DNA of 59,850 nt, filler included, from Nitrospinae bacterium RIFCSPLOWO2_12_FULL_45_22 (GTDB taxonomy: Bacteria; 2-12-FULL-45-22): NCBI GenBank assembly GCA_001803565.1. It is 7 parts of 7 records of this genome, joined end to end, with 100 filler letters (N's around TTAATTAATTAA, not from the genome) between each part and the next. Parts side by side here need not be neighbours in the genome. Positions count along the whole stretch, not along the records: positions 24,275 to 48,281 come from MHDQ01000174.1; positions 48,382 to 54,507 come from MHDQ01000175.1; positions 54,608 to 59,850 come from MHDQ01000176.1; 4 more parts are not named here. One strand, given 5' to 3'. This document shows positions 46,830 to 55,050 of this stretch, in pieces; the first letter of the stretch is position 1, and each line of letters starts with the position of its first letter. Both the position numbers and the translations under genes were made by a program. The notes beneath the pieces were generated by a model, which saw nothing but the letters and a program-made list of their open reading frames with translations, had not been told where the DNA came from and did not search any database.

Positions 46830-47927
46830 TTAAGGCGTGATAACTACCTTGATGGGATACTCCCCTTCTATCTCACCAGCCAGGGCCCTTACCCCGGTCT
46901 CAGCCTGTTCCAGTGGGTAACGATGGGTAACCATCTTTTTCAGGGGATATTTTTTGGCGGCCACCAGCCTAATAGCCGGGATTACTGCCCTGAAATCGCA
47001 TGACCGCCCCCCTTGAAAGCGGAGCTCATTCATAACAATAAGGTCGCTGATAAAATTGGGTATAGGCTTGAATCCTGTCAGGCCAATAGATACTACTGTC
47101 CCTAATTTCCTGACTGCCTGGATAGACTGGGCAACGGCTTCCGGGACACCAGTAGTATCTATCACCACATCGGCCATCTCTCCATTGGTAATCTCCCTGA
47201 CCCGTTCTATCGGGTTCTCTTTCTCTACATTGATAGTATGGGTAGCGCCAAATTCCTTAGCTAAAGCAAAGCGGTCTTTATCCCGTGTTAGGCCAGTGAT
47301 CATAATACTTGCAGCCCCGGCCTCATGGGCTGCTATAGTGCTTACCAGGCCCATCTGTCCTGCCCCCTGGATCAATACCCTATCACCAATGGTCACCTGA
47401 CCCAATTCCCTTACAAACCGGATACCATTAGCCAGGGCTGATGCTGCCAGGACAGCCTCTTCCGCGGGGATATCTTGGTCTATCCGGTGGACAATAGACC
47501 CTGGGTTAACATACATATATTCCCCGTAGCCACCCCAGAGGTGAGGTGGGGTATCAGAAGTTACCGATGCACCATAACCTATCCCTTTATCGCATATCCG
47601 ATAATTGCCTGTGAGGCAGAGCTTGCACTTCCCGCAGGGGACAAAGGCTTCTACAATAACCCTATCGCCTACCTTAGCCTGGTACAGTTCGCTCGCCTTA
47701 GCCCCTATTTCTACTATCCGGCCCAGGATTTCGTGACCCATGATTAAGGGATATTTAATGCCCAGGATTTTAAACTTACCGGAATAGATGCCGATATCAG
47801 AACCACATATACCCGTCAGCTCGAGCTTTATTAAGGCATCTTCCGGTCCGATCTTGGGTAGATCAAACTCCTGGATCTCCATCTTCTTATCATCTACTAC
47901 TACTGCGGCTTTCCCTTTTGTAGCCAT
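46830..47927 (-). CDS. Zn-dependent alcohol dehydrogenase (MDR family)
   Basis: GICGSD, GHE, CGKCKLC...C, GAGQMG; start MATKG with GGAGGG RBS. Confidence 0.93.
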   Translation of the reverse strand: MATKGKAAVVVDDKKMEIQEFDLPKIGPEDALIKLELTGICGSDIGIYSGKFKILGIKYPLIMGHEILGRIVEIGAKASELYQAKVGDRVIVEAFVPCGKCKLCLTGNYRICDKGIGYGASVTSDTPPHLWGGYGEYMYVNPGSIVHRIDQDIPAEEAVLAASALANGIRFVRELGQVTIGDRVLIQGAGQMGLVSTIAAHEAGAASIMITGLTRDKDRFALAKEFGATHTINVEKENPIERVREITNGEMADVVIDTTGVPEAVAQSIQAVRKLGTVVSIGLTGFKPIPNFISDLIVMNELRFQGGRSCDFRAVIPAIRLVAAKKYPLKKMVTHRYPLEQAETGVRALAGEIEGEYPIKVVITP

Positions 47928-47993
47928 ATCTCTTCCCTCCAAAATAATAATAGTTTGCCTAAAATTGCTGATTGCCAATTCGTATCCATAAAT

Positions 47994-48016
47994 GTGCTTA
48001 TTGAGTTAACTCCGAA
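47994..48016 (+). mobile_element. Solo terminal inverted repeat of the element at 54670-54817
   Basis: GTGCTTATTGAGTTAACTCCGAA is the exact reverse complement of 54795-54817. Confidence 0.75.
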
Positions 48017-48050
48017 TGCCGTGTTATACGGCGTCGGGCTTATTATATAT

Positions 48051-48281
48051 TTATTCCAACTGAGCGACTGGTATAGCTTCTGTTCTCGCAGGAGCTCGTT
48101 TGCCCTCGGCGATTTCGTCAACCCTTTTTAATATTATTGAATGATAATATCGGTAGCCACACTTATCGCATATACCTACAGGAACATTTTCAAGCATAAC
48201 GAACCCCTCTTTATGCTTGAAGATTTCCTTTTTTACCACTCGCTCTTTGACAGTGCCCTCGCAATATTCACAACTATAACC
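48051..48281 (-). CDS. YgiT-type zinc finger protein (MqsA-like N-terminal domain); 5' end truncated
   Basis: GYSCEYCEG...LENVPVGICDKCGYRYY. Confidence 0.85.
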   Translation of the reverse strand, partial: GYSCEYCEGTVKERVVKKEIFKHKEGFVMLENVPVGICDKCGYRYYHSIILKRVDEIAEGKRAPARTEAIPVAQLE

Positions 48282-48381
48282 NNNNNNNNNNNNNNNNNNN
48301 NNNNNNNNNNNNNNNNNNNNNNNNNTTAATTAATTAANNNNNNNNNNNNNNNNNNNNNNNNNNNNNNNNNNNNNNNNNNNN
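48282..48381. other. Artificial contig linker
   Basis: N44-TTAATTAATTAA-N44. Confidence 0.99.
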
Positions 48382-48390
48382 TGGAGGTAT

Positions 48391-49083
48391 ATGGTTGAAT
48401 TAATCCTGGATCCAGTGCGAAAAGGGTTTATTGTTCGTTCTGGATCCAGGTTAGTCAAAGGTAAGCGTTCACGGTGTCAAATTTTCTCAGGCAATTTTGT
48501 GATAGCTATTATAGAAAAGATAAGTCTGGTAGGTACGGCAATAATTGTCGTCTTGCAGCCTCCTTTATCTCTCAATTTATATCTTGCCGTAATTATAGCC
48601 CTGGGAGCGGCCCTGATAGATATTAAAAGCAGCAAGATTCCAAATTATTTGACCTTCCCGGCCATGGTACTGGGATTATCCTATTTTGGATATGATGAGG
48701 GCTGGAGGGGATACCTCTCCAGCCTTGCCGGTTTAGGCCTGGGGATGGGTTTGTTCATGCCCTTATACCTGCTGGGGGGTATGGGGGCGGGAGATGTCAA
48801 GTTAATGGGGGCAATGGGTGCATTGGTAGGAATGGGCTTAGCTTTTAAGGCAGTAATTGCCGCTACCCTTGTGGGGGGGGTACTATCGGTATTGACTCTG
48901 GCTATCCAAGGCCAGTTAAGCCGAATTATCAAACGTTATTGGCTCATGCTGAAACTCCTTTTGTTTACCGGGGAGATTAGTTATATCCCCCTGGAGGGGG
49001 AGATAAAACAGACTAAAATCCATTATGGAGTTGCTATCGCCTTGGGTACCATGATTCTCATATTGGTAGAGGAGGGTTTATGA
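48391..49083 (+). CDS. cpaA: A24 prepilin peptidase (CpaA/TadV); true start probably further downstream
   Basis: IDIKSSKIPN, GGMGAGDVKL, YGVAIALG; the first codons cross a CCTGGATCCAG hairpin. Confidence 0.85.
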   Translation: MVELILDPVRKGFIVRSGSRLVKGKRSRCQIFSGNFVIAIIEKISLVGTAIIVVLQPPLSLNLYLAVIIALGAALIDIKSSKIPNYLTFPAMVLGLSYFGYDEGWRGYLSSLAGLGLGMGLFMPLYLLGGMGAGDVKLMGAMGALVGMGLAFKAVIAATLVGGVLSVLTLAIQGQLSRIIKRYWLMLKLLLFTGEISYIPLEGEIKQTKIHYGVAIALGTMILILVEEGL

Positions 49084-50399
49084 TAACGGCCTCGGCAGCC
49101 GAAGAGAAAAAAGAAGAGAAAACGGTCTGGTTCCCCCCGGTGCCAGCTAGTATCGAGGATACCGGCTTAGACCTCCTTTTTCTGGTGGAGCTCATAACTA
49201 AGACTTTCTATGTGAACGGAATTTTACGTATTCCTGAAATAAGCGAATATATTAAATTACCGCCCAACTTAGTGGAGGACCTGTTAGATTTTATGCGGAG
49301 AGAAAAATATTGTGAGATCCGGGGGGGGAGCGGCACAACCGCTTCTTTCCTCTTTGAATTGACCGACCTGGGACGTTCCCGGGCAGTGGATTTTTTTAAT
49401 AGGAGCCAATATGTCGGCCCTGCCCCGGTCCCCTTAGAGATGTATGCGGAAGTCTCTTCCCAGCAGACCGTAAAGAACATATTTATCACCCGGGATAATA
49501 TCCGCCGGGTTTTTCAAAACCTCATTATCAAAGAAAGCCTTATAGATCAGATAGGGCCGGCCATCAATTCCGGGAAACCCATATTTCTCTATGGCCCCCC
49601 TGGGATAGGCAAGACCTATCTGGCTGGTCACATCGTAAGCTTATTGGAGGGGAATATCTATATCCCTTACGCCCTTGCGGTAGATAATCAGATCATTAAA
49701 TTATTTGACCCCACTAATCACGAGCCGGTGTCCCCTTCCCTTTCCCAGGAAAAACATCTCTCCCTCCTGAAAAAAGAATCCTATGATCAGCGATGGATAT
49801 ATTCTAAACGCCCGGTAGTATTGGCCGGGGGTGAGCTAACCATGGATATGCTAGACCTCCAATTTAACCCGGTCTCTAAATATTATGAGGCCCCTTTGCA
49901 ATTAAAGGCCAATCACGGTATGTTTATTATTGATGATCTAGGAAGGCAAACCATCCCTCCCTTTGTGCTTATGAACCGATGGATTATGCCTTTAGAGAAT
50001 CATTTTGACTTCCTCACCTTACATACCGGAAAAAAATTTCCCATACCTTTTGATATAATCGTAGTATTTTCTACCAATTTTCCGCCTAAAGATTTAGCGG
50101 ACGAGGCCTTCTTGAGGCGTATTGGCTACAAGCTCAAGATAGACTATCTTGAGCTGGAAGAATATGAAAAGATTTTCAAACAGTTCTGCCAGCGTAAAGG
50201 GATTCCTTATGACCAGGAGATGTTTAGCTATCTGGTTAAGGAGCATCATGAAAAAAAGGGGGTACGATTTGTTGCCTGTTACCCGAGAGACATTATCGAA
50301 CAGGTTATTGATCTCTGTCATTATCATTCTGTGCCCCTTAAATTTTCTAAAGAATTTATTGATCAGGCGTGGGATGACTATTTCGTGACTGATTTTTAA
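49080..50399 (+). CDS. AAA+ ATPase associated with the Tad cluster
   Basis: GPPGIGKT, GGELT, FIIDDLGRQ, DEAFLRRIGYK. Confidence 0.85.
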   Translation: MITASAAEEKKEEKTVWFPPVPASIEDTGLDLLFLVELITKTFYVNGILRIPEISEYIKLPPNLVEDLLDFMRREKYCEIRGGSGTTASFLFELTDLGRSRAVDFFNRSQYVGPAPVPLEMYAEVSSQQTVKNIFITRDNIRRVFQNLIIKESLIDQIGPAINSGKPIFLYGPPGIGKTYLAGHIVSLLEGNIYIPYALAVDNQIIKLFDPTNHEPVSPSLSQEKHLSLLKKESYDQRWIYSKRPVVLAGGELTMDMLDLQFNPVSKYYEAPLQLKANHGMFIIDDLGRQTIPPFVLMNRWIMPLENHFDFLTLHTGKKFPIPFDIIVVFSTNFPPKDLADEAFLRRIGYKLKIDYLELEEYEKIFKQFCQRKGIPYDQEMFSYLVKEHHEKKGVRFVACYPRDIIEQVIDLCHYHSVPLKFSKEFIDQAWDDYFVTDF

Positions 50400-50493
50400 T
50401 ATTAATGACCGGGAAAAATTTTATTGACTGATGTTCCAACCTCAGGGATAATATAAAAATCGAGGTCCAGCATTTTGGATAAATACGGTAATG

Positions 50494-50640
50494 AACCGCA
50501 AAGCCACAAAGAACACTAAGAGAAATGTGATTAGGGCATTGGGTAATTGGGTCATTCACCAATCTAATAATGCAATAACCCAATGGCCTAATGACGCAAT
50601 AGCCTAATTACCAAAATTAAATTCTTTGCGTCCTTTGTGT
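50494..50640. repeat. Nested element: CGCAAAG..CACAAAG / CTTTGCG..CTTTGTG ends with octamer inverted repeats
   Basis: ttagggca ttgggtaa ttgggtca facing taatgcaa taacccaa tggcctaa tgacgcaa tagcctaa. Confidence 0.7.
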
Positions 50641-50672
50641 AGTAACAAATTTAATTTAAGGGGGGGAAGGAG

Positions 50673-51494
50673 ATGAATAGATTACTTAGGAACATCCTTC
50701 TGCTGATGGTTGCTGTTGTATTAGCAGCCGGGGCTACTTATCTTTCGATAAAATGGCTCCAGAGACAGGCAGCTTTACAGAAACGACCAGGTCTGACTAA
50801 TAGAGTAGTGGTGGCAGAGGTGGATTTGGTTATAGGGTCTAAGTTAACACCCAATCTCATCAAAGCGGTCCCCTGGCCCAGGGAAAGTATTCCCAAGGAG
50901 TCATTTAATGATCCTGGCCAACTAACTGATAGGGTGGTTAAGACCACCCTTTATGCCGGGGAGCCGGTTCTGGAGATGAAATTAGCGCCAAAAGGCATGA
51001 CCGGAGGGTTATCAGCCGTTATTTCTGAGGATAAGCGCGCCCTGACGGTCAAGGTTAGTGAGATCAGCGGGGTAGCAGGATTCACCCTACCTGGTCGGAA
51101 GGTAGATATATTGGTAACGATAGAGGATGAACAAAAAAAGGAGCCTATTACGAAGATGATATTGCAGAATATGAAGGTATTAGCGGTGGATCAAAGTGTA
51201 GACCAGTCCGGAGATAAGCCCGTAGTCGTTAATGCCGTTACCATGGAAGTTACCCCGGCAGAGACGGAGATATTGGCTATGGCTGAGGGCGAAGGGAGGA
51301 TTGGATTGGCCCTGCGGAACGAGGTGGATCAGAAATTTGTTCCTACGAAAGGTGTGCACAAATCTGGCTTAATCCCCGCGATCCGGGTGCCAGCAACGGT
51401 GGAAAAGGTGGCCTATAACCCCCCTAAACCTTCACCTAATACTATTGAGGTGATAAGGGGAGTAACCAAGACAAAGGTGGAATCGCTATTTTGA
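50673..51494 (+). CDS. cpaB: Flp pilus assembly protein CpaB/RcpC
   Basis: SAF domain, RALTVKV, GVAGFTLPGRKVDIL, LALRN. Confidence 0.93.
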   Translation: MNRLLRNILLLMVAVVLAAGATYLSIKWLQRQAALQKRPGLTNRVVVAEVDLVIGSKLTPNLIKAVPWPRESIPKESFNDPGQLTDRVVKTTLYAGEPVLEMKLAPKGMTGGLSAVISEDKRALTVKVSEISGVAGFTLPGRKVDILVTIEDEQKKEPITKMILQNMKVLAVDQSVDQSGDKPVVVNAVTMEVTPAETEILAMAEGEGRIGLALRNEVDQKFVPTKGVHKSGLIPAIRVPATVEKVAYNPPKPSPNTIEVIRGVTKTKVESLF

Positions 51495-51671
51495 GAAACT
51501 ATAGGGAGGTAGAGGTAAAGGTAGAGGTGGATAAGGAAGACGGCTGGATAGTAGTTAATATTAACCGGGGGTAGGGGCTGGTTCCGGTAGTATATAAGGG
51601 CAGAGAGGGGTAAGTTTGGGTCTCTGCGGCTAAACCATTTATAGGGTGTTAGCTTAAAGGGAGGGGAGGAT

Positions 51672-53144
51672 ATGAAAAAAACTAAGGGGGTAAATAGGAG
51701 GCTCAGCATTATCTTTTTATTCTTTACTACTTTTCTGTTTGTGGCCTTATCTCTATCCTTTGGATGGGCTGAGTCTGAAACGCCTTCTCCGGGAAATTTA
51801 CCGCCCGGGGAGGGTTATGGAGCGGTTGCTACCCAAAGATTAAATCTGGTAGTAGGCAAATCCCACATCCTTCATAGTCCGGTGCCCATTAGTCGAATTT
51901 CGGTAGCTGATCCGAAAATAGCAGACGTATTGATCATCACGGCAAAGCAGATATATATCAATGGGAAGAAACCGGGTATTACCAATCTGATCCTCTGGCG
52001 GGATAGAGAAATTACGGCGATTATGGATGTTAATGTCATTTTTGACTTGACCCAATTGAAAGAAAAGCTCTATCAGATATTGCCTGGAGAGCCCATCGAG
52101 GTCCATGCCGCCGAAGACTCGATTGTCCTTTCCGGCGAAGTGTCTGATTCTACTAAGATTCCCCAGGCCTTATCCCTGGTAAAGTCCTTTGCCCCAAAGC
52201 CGGAAAACGTAGTTAATCTCCTGCGGGTGGGGGGCGCCCAGCAGGTAATGCTGGAGGTAAAGATAGCAGAGATGAGTAGGGATGTGACCAAGAGAATGGG
52301 CTTCAATTTCCGCATCCTTAACCTGGAGCGGGGAGAGACAGCCTTATTTAATATTGGTGATATCGCCACCGGCGACCTGTTTGGGACTCTTGGTTTTACC
52401 TCCAATATTACTGCCCGATTGTTACGGGGTAACAGAATATTTGATTTCTTCCTGGAAGCCCTTAAGGAAAAGGGGCTGGCCAGGATCCTGGCAGAGCCTA
52501 CCCTGATCGCTATAAGCGGCCAGAATGCCAGCTTTTTGGCAGGTGGTGAGTTCCCCGTCCCCGTCCCTCAAGCTGGCCAACTTGTCGGGGCCATAACGGT
52601 GGAGTTTAAGGAATTTGGGGTAGGGCTCTCGTTTCTTCCCCGGGTCTTATCCAACGGGTCTATCAATATAGGGGTCAGCACCGAGGTATCAGACCTGGAT
52701 TTTACGGCGGCAGTAATATTACAGGGGTTCGCGGTACCCGGGGTAACTACCCGAAGGGCTTCTACCAATATTGAGCTGAAAGATGGGCAAACATTTTCTA
52801 TTGCCGGTCTGCTCCAAGATAATATCCGAGAGATAGTAACCAAGTATCCCCTTTTGGGAGATATCCCCATCTTAGGGGCCCTATTTCGGAGCGAGGAGTT
52901 TCAGAAAAAGCAGACCGAATTGGTTATCCTGGTAACACCCCGTCTAGTTAAGCCCCTGGCTGAATCGGCCCAGCGCTTACCCACGGATAAGTATATTGAG
53001 CCTAATGATTTTGACTTTTATCTGATGGGGAAGCTGGAGGGGAAGAGCAAGGATGAGCTTAAGGAAAAAGGGCCTGGGGAAGGGAAAGACCGGGCCAAGC
53101 CAGAAGGGGGATTAGAAGGGGAATTTGGACACGAGCTCGAATAA
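51672..53144 (+). CDS. cpaC: Flp pilus secretin CpaC/RcpA
   Basis: VADPKIADV, QVMLEVKIAE, LAEPTL, FLAGGEFPVP, PLLGDIPILGALFRS. Confidence 0.93.
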   Translation: MKKTKGVNRRLSIIFLFFTTFLFVALSLSFGWAESETPSPGNLPPGEGYGAVATQRLNLVVGKSHILHSPVPISRISVADPKIADVLIITAKQIYINGKKPGITNLILWRDREITAIMDVNVIFDLTQLKEKLYQILPGEPIEVHAAEDSIVLSGEVSDSTKIPQALSLVKSFAPKPENVVNLLRVGGAQQVMLEVKIAEMSRDVTKRMGFNFRILNLERGETALFNIGDIATGDLFGTLGFTSNITARLLRGNRIFDFFLEALKEKGLARILAEPTLIAISGQNASFLAGGEFPVPVPQAGQLVGAITVEFKEFGVGLSFLPRVLSNGSINIGVSTEVSDLDFTAAVILQGFAVPGVTTRRASTNIELKDGQTFSIAGLLQDNIREIVTKYPLLGDIPILGALFRSEEFQKKQTELVILVTPRLVKPLAESAQRLPTDKYIEPNDFDFYLMGKLEGKSKDELKEKGPGEGKDRAKPEGGLEGEFGHELE

Positions 53145-53225
53145 ATATAAGGGATAGGTATAGGATAAGGTAGAGGAAGCCCTTGTCTCTGTGGCAGAAA
53201 GCTTACCCCTAAGGAGGATAAAAAG

Positions 53226-53510
53226 ATGAAGATTCCTACTAGTCTCTGTATTTTAATGGTAGTAAGTAATCTATTTTTGCCAGCTTACGGTCTGGCAGCA
53301 GAGCTAACAGCGCTGGAAAAGGACTATGGCCGGGCCTTTCATACGCTCAAGGCCGCCCAGACCCTCAACCCCGACGCCAGTAAAAACCTGGCCCCCCCGC
53401 TGGGCCTGGAGGGAAAGGTGGGTGAGAAGGTTATGCAAGAGTATTATAAAATGTTTGAGAAGAAGGAGCCCACGATTACCAATATAATTAATATCGGTAC
53501 CGGCCAATAA
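53226..53510 (+). CDS. Small exported protein in the Tad cluster
   Basis: SD AAGGAGG; signal-like N-terminus; QTLNPDASKNLAPPLGLEG. Confidence 0.75.
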   Translation: MKIPTSLCILMVVSNLFLPAYGLAAELTALEKDYGRAFHTLKAAQTLNPDASKNLAPPLGLEGKVGEKVMQEYYKMFEKKEPTITNIINIGTGQ

Positions 53511-53533
53511 GTCTGTTAGGGAGGTGGTTTTAA

Positions 53534-54507
53534 ATGAAGATAGCACGGCCTATCCGGGGGGAGAGGGGAAGTATCCTGGTTATTACCGCCCTGTCCCTGG
53601 TAGCACTGGTAGGGTTTGTGGGCCTTGCCCTGGATCTGGGCCATTTGTATGTAGTTAAAACCGAGCTGCAAAATGCGGCTGACGCAGCCGCCCTGGCAGC
53701 CGCCGAAATGATGGACAAGAGTACAGACAGTTTAATTAATGGCCGGGCAGCCGCTATGGCAGTACCTAATAAATTCAACTTCCAAAAGCAGGATGTGTCC
53801 ATTGCTTCGACGAATGTCACTTTTTCTGCCCAATTATCCGGGCCATATGTTGGGGCGGAGGCGGCTGATCCTGCCACCACCCGGTTTGTCAGGGTTGCCA
53901 TAAGCCCTCAAGCTATTGACCTCTGGTTTGCCCCGGTTTTAGAAATACTATCTGCCCAGGTACCAGCTATGGCGGTTGCCGGTCCCAGCTCAGCCCTGCA
54001 AGAGGCATGTGATCTGATACCACTGGCGGTATGTGAAGATACGACAAGATGCAATTTTGCTGATCCAGATGATCCTTTAGCATGCCCTGACCCCGAGTTC
54101 GTCCCGGGAGAGATGTATACGGTCAAACTCCCTCCCGCTGGTTTTAATGAAGCTAGTCCAGGAAACTATTTAGTCTTAGATTTTGGCGGGAGCGGATTTG
54201 CCGATGTAAGAGAGTGGATAGCAGGTGGCTATACCGGGTGTGAAGAGTTGGGCGATGGTATTACCACCCAACCAGGACAAGGGGCTGGGCCGGTATCTCA
54301 GGGTTTTAATACCCGCTTTGGAGAGTATAAAGGGGGACTATCCGAGGCTGATTATTCGCATGATACCGATGTAAGTGCGCCTATCTCCTACTCTGCTTAT
54401 ACAAATGGCGCTGATAATCCCCACGGTGATGGAGAATTTGGGAGACGGGTCCTGGCCGTCCCCCTGGTGGATTGTACCAACTGGGATGGCGGTAAAAATC
54501 CCGTAAC
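53534..54507 (+). CDS. TadG-like pilus assembly protein; truncated
   Basis: ERGSILVITAL, GLALDLGH, ELQNAADAAALAAA. Confidence 0.88.
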
Positions 54508-54607
54508 NNNNNNNNNNNNNNNNNNNNNNNNNNNNNNNNNNNNNNNNNNNNTTAATTAATTAANNNNNNNNNNNNNNNNNNNNNNNNNNNNNNNNNNNNN
54601 NNNNNNN
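54508..54607. other. Artificial contig linker
   Basis: N44-TTAATTAATTAA-N44. Confidence 0.99.
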
Positions 54608-54669
54608 AATTTACCATCAGCAGAAAACTTGCCTTGATGAGAAAATGTGTCAATCCGCCAAATTTTTTT

Positions 54670-54817
54670 GAGCTTATTGAGTTAACTCCGAATAAATATG
54701 GCTGAAACTTCTTCTGTTAAGGCCTTAGGAGCAAAACTGTGAAGATCGTTCAAATATCTAATTCATCAATAAAATTGCATAGTTACAGTTTGTTTTCGGA
54801 GTTAACTCAATAAGCAC
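54670..54817. mobile_element. MITE of about 148 bp with long terminal inverted repeats
   Basis: GCTTATTGAGTTAACTCCGAA (54672-54692) and its perfect complement (54795-54815); T-tracts on both flanks. Confidence 0.8.
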
Positions 54818-54828
54818 TTTTTTAATTG

Positions 54829-54949
54829 GGTGTGGCTATTCTTTGTCATAAAGACGTAGGGGCCGATTTTATATCGGCCCTAAACAAGGGGGCATATAAA
54901 ATGCCCCCCTACAATTGTTAATGGATTTCTGACAGAAAATAGTCACACC
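54829..54949. mobile_element. MITE-like element enclosing an inverted pair of GTAG-type REP palindromes
   Basis: GGTGTGGCTATTCTTTGTCA / TGACAGAAAATAGTCACACC (17/20); inside GTAGGGGCCGAT..ATCGGCCCT and GGGGGCAT..ATGCCCCCCTAC. Confidence 0.7.
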
Positions 54950-55050
54950 TTTTTTATTTTGATATTATTTTATGGAAGTGTTAATATTTGGCAATGGGAT
55001 AGTTAATCCACTGGAGGAACATATTGTAAAGCTAAGAGGGGGGATGTGCC

